Shown piece by piece: positions 59,301 to 64,000 of a stretch of 64,000 nucleotides of DNA. The translations under genes were made by a program, and so were the position numbers. Every line of letters begins with the position of its first letter. Within the stretch, counting starts at the first letter, position 1. The notes below the pieces were generated by a model, which ran no database searches, was not told the DNA's origin, and worked only from the letters and a program-made list of their open reading frames with translations. The DNA comes from Nitrospirota bacterium (GTDB lineage Bacteria > Nitrospirota > UBA9217): positions 128,001-192,000 of the forward strand of contig CAWJQQ010000002.1 in assembly GCA_963845065.1 (NCBI GenBank), read 5' to 3'.

Positions 59301-61641
59301 AACGCTTCACCCGGAACCGGGTGTCGAGAAAGATGGTGGGGATATTGGTGCTGGTGAGAAAATTATTCAGGTCGTTGTTTGTTGCGTCCTGCTCTTCGAT
59401 CTTGGCCTGAAGCTGGGTATTGACCGTGAGCAGCTCCTCATTCAGCGATTGGAGCTCCTCCCGCGAAGTTTCGAGCTCCTCGTTTGCAGCCTGGAGTTCT
59501 TCGTTCGAGGACTGGAGTTCCTCGTTCAGGCCCTTGAGCTGCTCGATGTTGCTTTGGAGGTCAACACGCGTTGCCGAAAGCTCGCTTTCGAGCTGGCGCA
59601 CGACGATCTCGTCACCCGTTTCGGTCTCTGCTGATGGTGGCTCCTCTGTTAGAGGAGCACTGTGCTTCTCGCGAAAGACAACGAGAAACATGTTCTCCTG
59701 GAGTTTCGAGATACGGAGCGTGACGGTCGTGTTGGATCGTACTTCCCCTTTTCCCCCCTTCAGAAAAGAGGGGCCGCCAGCTTTCGCTGCCTTGTTCGGA
59801 GAGGAACTTTTACTTCCTCTTTTCCCAGGCAGGGACTGAGAGGGCTGTTCGCCCTTGCTCATAAAACTCACCCTGATGGAGACCGGATTCGCTTCCTTCC
59901 CAGCACGGTAGATCGCCCCCCGGACCCTGCTTCGAAGGTTTTCCGGGAGGAGGAGCAGCAGGTTTTGTGTGGGCAGCCCTCGAGGCTGGTGCAGGTACTT
60001 GTTTGTGGGCCCGTTATGGTACAGGATGTCATAGTTCTGGTTGATCGCGATCGCTGCGGGCGCGTATTCCTCAAGAAGGGAATTCTGTATGAACTCAGTG
60101 ATCGTGGGCTGGTTCGCAGCGGCCAACACCTGGCGCGAGGGGACTAACAAAGCACGTTCGGCGGCATAAGGCACGGAAAGTGGATGCCGGGTCGAGTCCG
60201 TTCGTTCGAGCTTCCGGAAGACGCGGCATTTTTTATTGCCAACGCTTTTGAAGAGCGCGCTGTTCCTGCCCGTGGACTCCGCATTACCAAGAAAGAGATA
60301 CCCGCCTTCCTTAAGGGCGTAATGGAAGAGCGCTATGCTCTTCTCCTGTGCATCCGGTTCTAGATAGATCAGAAAATTCCGGCAGATTATAAGGTCGAGT
60401 CGGGAAAAGGGCGGATCAGTCATCAGGTCTTGCTTGGCGAAGACCACGCGTTCACGGAGCTCTTTATTGATAATGACGAACTGGCCGTCTTCGGAACAGA
60501 TGAAATACTTCCTCATGAGATCCGCCGGAATATCGGCTGCGATACTCCCCGTGAATTTCCCTTCCCGCGCTTTTTCGAGCGCCCGGTCGTTTACATCCGT
60601 GGCGAAAACCAGGAAATCACGGTTCCTGCTCGCGAGATCAAGCTCATGGCGGAGCAGCATGGCGATAGAATAGGATTCCTCGCCGCTGGCACAGGCCGGG
60701 GTCCAGACCCGGATCGGAGCATCTTCAATGTTCGAGACCAGATGACGAATCGCCTCCACCTTGAGCGCTTTCCATGCAACCTGGTCCCGGAAGAAGGAAG
60801 TGACGCCGATCATAAGGTCGGTGGCGAGCGCGGCCGCTTCCTGTTCTTTGTCCGTTACGACCTGGATATAGTCTTGGACCGAGGTCACGCCATTCAAATA
60901 CATCCGTCTCCTGATCCTTCGGTTCACGACATTCTGTTTGTAATGATTGAATTGATAGCCGGTCTTTTCGCGGATCAGGCGAAAAAAGGTATCAAATTGT
61001 GCAGCCGAGACGACGTCATCGTGGCCCATAACGACCGTGCCTGCTGTAACCAGTTTTACGATTTCTCTGGCGATGTCTTCAGGCTTTAACATCTCATCCA
61101 CTTTACCCGTACTGAACGCCGCAAGCGGCATGCCCGGGAACTCGGCAGTGGACGGGTCCTGCACAAAAACCGTTCCACCAGCGCTTCTGATCGCCTGGAT
61201 CCCCCGCGTGCCGTCTGTACCTGCGCCGGAGAGGATGACGGCAATTGCACGGTCCTCCGCTTCTTCCGCCAGGGAGATGAAAAATTCATCGATGGGCAGA
61301 TGGACATGCTCCCGCTGTGGATTGGTTGCGTAAAAAAACCCCTTATGGATTTTGATTTCTTTACCTGGTGGACAAATGAAGAGTTTACCGGGGAGAGCCT
61401 CCATCCCGTCCGCTATTTCAAGGACCTCAAGATGGGGCCTTCCCTTAGTCAGTAACTCGGAGAGATGGCTGCGATGTTTTGGAGACAGATGCTGCAGGAA
61501 GACAATTACGAAACCGAACTCCTTCGGCAAGGCATTCAAGAAGCACCCGAGCGCGTACAGGCCACCCGCGGAAGCCCCTATACCGACAATAGGCGGAGAA
61601 GCGTTCGGACCGCTATATCCAGGTGTCTTTTTCGGTTCCAT
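56362..61641 (-). CDS. CheB/CheR fusion with PAS/GAF domains and histidine kinase
   Basis: CheB GASAGG, QH, GTDG; CheR TSFFRD, ACASGEE, CRNFLIY; EELQSSNEE coiled coil; PAS, GAF, SHDLRAPLR, HATPase. Confidence 0.95.
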   Translation of the reverse strand: MEPKKTPGYSGPNASPPIVGIGASAGGLYALGCFLNALPKEFGFVIVFLQHLSPKHRSHLSELLTKGRPHLEVLEIADGMEALPGKLFICPPGKEIKIHKGFFYATNPQREHVHLPIDEFFISLAEEAEDRAIAVILSGAGTDGTRGIQAIRSAGGTVFVQDPSTAEFPGMPLAAFSTGKVDEMLKPEDIAREIVKLVTAGTVVMGHDDVVSAAQFDTFFRLIREKTGYQFNHYKQNVVNRRIRRRMYLNGVTSVQDYIQVVTDKEQEAAALATDLMIGVTSFFRDQVAWKALKVEAIRHLVSNIEDAPIRVWTPACASGEESYSIAMLLRHELDLASRNRDFLVFATDVNDRALEKAREGKFTGSIAADIPADLMRKYFICSEDGQFVIINKELRERVVFAKQDLMTDPPFSRLDLIICRNFLIYLEPDAQEKSIALFHYALKEGGYLFLGNAESTGRNSALFKSVGNKKCRVFRKLERTDSTRHPLSVPYAAERALLVPSRQVLAAANQPTITEFIQNSLLEEYAPAAIAINQNYDILYHNGPTNKYLHQPRGLPTQNLLLLLPENLRSRVRGAIYRAGKEANPVSIRVSFMSKGEQPSQSLPGKRGSKSSSPNKAAKAGGPSFLKGGKGEVRSNTTVTLRISKLQENMFLVVFREKHSAPLTEEPPSAETETGDEIVVRQLESELSATRVDLQSNIEQLKGLNEELQSSNEELQAANEELETSREELQSLNEELLTVNTQLQAKIEEQDATNNDLNNFLTSTNIPTIFLDTRFRVKRFTAAMSKLLKLIPSDIGRPIVDMSQENLGSDLIVDAQSVLEQLVPLRQELKINGTSYVRTTLPYRTADNRIEGVVITYNDVTELKRAEERTRNLASFPQLNPNPVIEMNASGSVSYINPATERILESLGMDKGEISAFFPKDMDIILKDLEKNIDTFVNREVAVNDRVFNETIQLVPQFNAARLYAYDITKRKRAQEALRASEERLKLFIEYAPASLAMFDRTMRYLSVSRRWMSDYGLGERDLRGLSHYDIFPEIPERWKEIHRRGLAGEVVREDNDRFDRLDGSVQWLRWEVRPWHDAAGDVGGIVIFSEDITERKNAEETLRQSEERLRYHVENSPLAVVEWNADFIVTRWAGESEKIFGWSAIEVVGKPIMDLRMIFEEDIPIVQKTMEKLMDGVSRHVVSTNRNYTKDGRVIHCTWYNTVLQDKGGKMTSVMSLVLDITERKLAVEALRESEARFRTLFETMTEGFSLDEIIVDGAGKPIDLRYLSINPAFERHTGLKAKDIVGRTTRELFPEAEPVWFERYGKVALTGEPEHFEERFGPLDKWFEVSAYQTEPGRFAVVFFDITERKRTEASLQHSLQRLELLSRTAGELLQIPEPQKAVESLCREVMEYLDCHAFFNFLVDEKVGRLHLNAYAGISEEDARRIEWLDLGVAVCGYVAREGQRIIAEHIPATSDKRTELVKSYGIKAYACYPILGPGGMVIGTLSFGTKSRETFSDDELSLMKAVTDQVAVAMTRMRGEQSLRFRTDELETINKELEAFIYSVSHDLRAPLRTMAGFSKILIEEYGNKLENEPRDYLMRITNASEKMTELIDDLLRLSRISKHDMDRIDYDLSRQASSIAAGLCEADPGRSVEFSIEEGLRASVDPNLIRVALANLIENAWKFTSKTVNARIEFSAFEKEGKTVYYVRDNGAGFDQTLASKMFFPFQRLHTEKEFEGTGIGLAIVERIIRRHGGAVWAEGEVGKGATVFFTLG
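59743..59848. repeat. REP-like inverted pair inserted in frame within the cheBR kinase gene
   Basis: CCCCTTTTCCCCCCTTCAGAAAAGAGGGG ... CTTCCTCTTTTCCCAGGCAGGGACTGAGAGGG; encodes a low-complexity peptide. Confidence 0.55.
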
Positions 61642-61764
61642 ATCAACTAGTTAGTGAAGGTTTGGAAAAAGCAAGAATATGCAGATAATTTAACACAGCG
61701 ACTATTCAAAGTAAACTTAATTCGTAGTTTTCAAGCTGACAACCATGGATCCATAAAATTATAT

Positions 61765-62260
61765 TTAAGGGCATTGGCCCTGATAATAGTAATCGTTGTA
61801 TTTTCCTTGATCCGGCAGACAAAATGTTTTCTCTCTGTTTGCCACTGATCAAAGTTCTTATGCCGCTGGTAGTAACGATCCAGAACACTGGTCTGACCCG
61901 GTGAAATGATCTGGCTTACAAAAGGGCGTTCATCTCCTTTGCCGTGGGTCAAAAATATCTTCGTCGGGATACCACGATTGATATCGAAGCCTATATGCGT
62001 CTTGGCTTTTTTTGAACCGCCCCGGTAATCGGCCCAGTGCATAGAAAGTACTGCATCTATCAAAGATCCATCAACGGCGACAAGGTCGCCGAGATTGCCG
62101 TATTCAGTCGGAAGCAGCTTGGTGGCTTTGACTTGGAGCGCCAGGTATAATTCCATAAGTTGATCAAGGCCTCTTGAATTAATGGCCTCGAAAAAACTGC
62201 TTTTATTAATGCCGGATTTCGGCGCAATCGTCTGTCGGGCAAAATCATCTTCCTTGAGGA
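61765..62260 (-). pseudogene. IS4-family DDE transposase internal fragment
   Basis: SSFFEAINSRG, VAVDGS, KTHIGFD, VLDRYY, HFVCRIKEN; both ends missing. Confidence 0.8.
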
Positions 62261-62403
62261 CTGAACATTTGTAACAATCTACAGAAATTTTACTGTCTCA
62301 TTTCAACCTTGAATATCCCTTCTCCTGAGCTATATAGTCCAGATGGAGCATAGCCAAGTCATCAGCAACTATCATCTCCGATGGAGTGGGGAAAAAGGGG
62401 AAA

Positions 62404-62533
62404 TGAATCTCCACGCAGCAAGCTGCGCGGTATCTATAAATAGAAAGACGTTTATCAATTGAGAAACCTGCGGTTTCTCAAACTCTTCCCTCTATGCGGT
62501 GACCCTGTAGCAAGCTACAGGGAATTGCAAGTT
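62404..62533 (-). mobile_element. Non-autonomous IS200/IS605-derived miniature element (two end hairpins)
   Basis: TGAA...CCACGCAGCAAGCTGCGCGG and CCCTGTAGCAAGCTACAGGG share a GCAAGC core; central hairpin TTGAGAAACC-TGC-GGTTTCTCAA. Confidence 0.6.
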
Positions 62534-62711
62534 TAAATTGATTTACACAATCTCCGCTAAAGCATATAGCGTTTCCCGTGCTGTACTCCCGAGATGGCAA
62601 TTAGTCCGGGAAATTTTCTCATCCGGCATTGTAAACGTGTTCGTTATGCTTATCTTTAGAAATGCAGACTGGTGCAACGCAATTGTTTTGGGAGATGACG
62701 AAGGGAAAAAC

Positions 62712-63761
62712 TTATAAGTGGAGGACCATAAAAAAAAGAGCCATCAAACCTAACCCGAAAGGTATACCGACCGCGGCCCACGATCTGCTTGAAATACCTA
62801 ATTTGTTCGCCGCTATAATATTCGGGATGTTGCCCGGGACCAGCATCCCGCCGGAAATAATAAGGCCCATGATAATGCCTTTCACCTGAGCAGCGGACAT
62901 AAGCGGTCCCAGCTCAGCAGCGGCCAGCGTAGCGTTGTCGAGGATCGCTGATATGCTGTTAAACCAGTAAAGCGCCGGGGCCGGCATTTTCACGACATAC
63001 AGATCGACCAGCGGCTTAAACCCTGTGCCGAGCAGAATCAGCGCCATTACGAACACATAGACCTTGAATGCCCTCAGCGCTATGTGCTGGAAAGGCTCGA
63101 CAAAGTCTTCTGTGAGACTCTCCGAGCGCCTAACCTGCACACCCCGGGAAAGGCCGCCGACAAAGGAGATGACGACAAGCCCCGGCAATATGTAGATGCC
63201 GAAGGTACGCATCAGCATCAGAAAATCATTGTCGAACGTCCCACCATTAAGCATGGCCGCGGCGATCGTGGACAGAGGCAGGCCGATAGGGGTAAGCGCC
63301 GCGCCCATGCCGATCGAAAAGCAGGCAAAGACTACGAGGCGCGTTCCATATTTCTTGTCGAGGCTGATGGCGCTCATGACCTCGCATAGGACCAGAGCGG
63401 CGATGATCGCAGTTATCAGGCACGAAAGCAAACCTAGAGAAAAAATAAGCAGAAAGGCGAACGTCCGAGGTCCTAGCCGGTCTTCGATCGCAACGATTTT
63501 CTTCTTCATCGGCTCGCGTACTGCGCGGAAGGCAAGCCCGAAAACCAGAGTGGCAATTGTCAACATGACGGGTGCTAAAATCGCGGACTCAATGAGCCGC
63601 ATGGTCAAGAGCGGTTCCGGTCCCAACAGGTGAGAAAGCACAAGCGTAACTGAACCAACGGCAAACAGGAACAGTTCCAGGTTATGCTCGACTTTCTTCA
63701 CGAGTATGGGGAGGAGCAGGATCAGCAAGAAGATGAGTATGAGAATGTAGATGATCGCCAT
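62712..63761 (-). CDS. DUF1646-family membrane protein (putative cation transporter)
   Basis: KKVEHNLELFLF, ITAIIAAL, GAALTPIG, SAILDNATLAAAE, GGMLVPGNIPNII. Confidence 0.85.
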   Translation of the reverse strand: MAIIYILILIFLLILLLPILVKKVEHNLELFLFAVGSVTLVLSHLLGPEPLLTMRLIESAILAPVMLTIATLVFGLAFRAVREPMKKKIVAIEDRLGPRTFAFLLIFSLGLLSCLITAIIAALVLCEVMSAISLDKKYGTRLVVFACFSIGMGAALTPIGLPLSTIAAAMLNGGTFDNDFLMLMRTFGIYILPGLVVISFVGGLSRGVQVRRSESLTEDFVEPFQHIALRAFKVYVFVMALILLGTGFKPLVDLYVVKMPAPALYWFNSISAILDNATLAAAELGPLMSAAQVKGIIMGLIISGGMLVPGNIPNIIAANKLGISSRSWAAVGIPFGLGLMALFFMVLHL

Positions 63762-63911
63762 AAGCGCCCTCGAGCATACCGGCATGTGACGCGTGAATCG
63801 ATGCCATCTACTCTATGATTATTCCGGCTTTGTCCCGGCAGGCCATCATAATACAAAAAAGGCCGGCATGCAATGGTTCATGCCAGCCCAGGTAGGATAT
63901 ATCGTGACCTC

Positions 63912-64000
63912 TCAAATCGCTGTCTCTCCTCGTTCGTCCGTCCGAATCCGGATGACATCATCAAGCGTAATAACAAAGATTTTACCATCACCGATGTTGC
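63912..64000 (-). CDS. P-II family nitrogen regulator, C-terminal part (runs off window)
   Basis: Minus strand reads NIGDGKIFVITLDDVIRIRTDERGETAI-stop. Confidence 0.9.
   Translation of the reverse strand, partial: NIGDGKIFVITLDDVIRIRTDERGETAI

Noticed and set aside
62473..62483. 11-nt match (GTTTGAGAAAC) to the start of the second TnpB's predicted guide
   Set aside because: The adjacent 5' bases are GAAGA rather than a TGAY-like TAM, and the match stops at 11 nt. It is probably chance or non-cleavable.
1..64000. CRISPR array associated with the TnpB/Cas12-like genes
   Set aside because: No regularly spaced direct repeats were seen by eye in any intergenic region; both intact nucleases are bounded by IS200/IS605 hairpin ends.

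Overview
Mostly minus-strand, moderately GC-rich chromosomal segment. The gene complement suggests an anaerobic Nitrospirota- or Desulfobacterota-like bacterium, which is inference only. The left half (1-31 kb) is largely housekeeping: apt, fumarase and mdh; proS-ispG-rseP-dxr-cdsA-uppS; a GH57 glucanotransferase; an ABC pair; an NtrX-like regulator; cysteine desulfurase, cysK, a truncated 2-oxoacid:ferredoxin oxidoreductase operon and recN. It is interrupted by an IS1595-family element and a TnpA-less TnpB element. The right half is signalling-rich. It holds a Cache/PAS kinase, receiver, 1410-aa hybrid kinase and sigma54 activator cluster followed by a sigma54 promoter, two receivers and a sigma70-family factor. 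It also holds pepN and a CheB/CheR-fused kinase. The most notable items are five. (1) A co-oriented cluster of a corrinoid protein, an MtaA/UroD-like methyltransferase, a [2Fe-2S]-fused histidine kinase and a receiver, possibly a B12-based sensing system. (2) A complete tnpA-tnpB IS605-type element that appears inserted into a stand-alone, TnpB-less homolog of its own omegaRNA scaffold. (3) A possible C-terminal selenocysteine in an FmdB-family zinc-ribbon protein. (4) Several miniature IS200/IS605 ends, two of which supply host stop codons. (5) Candidate C-rich structured RNAs. No CRISPR array, tRNA or rRNA was seen.
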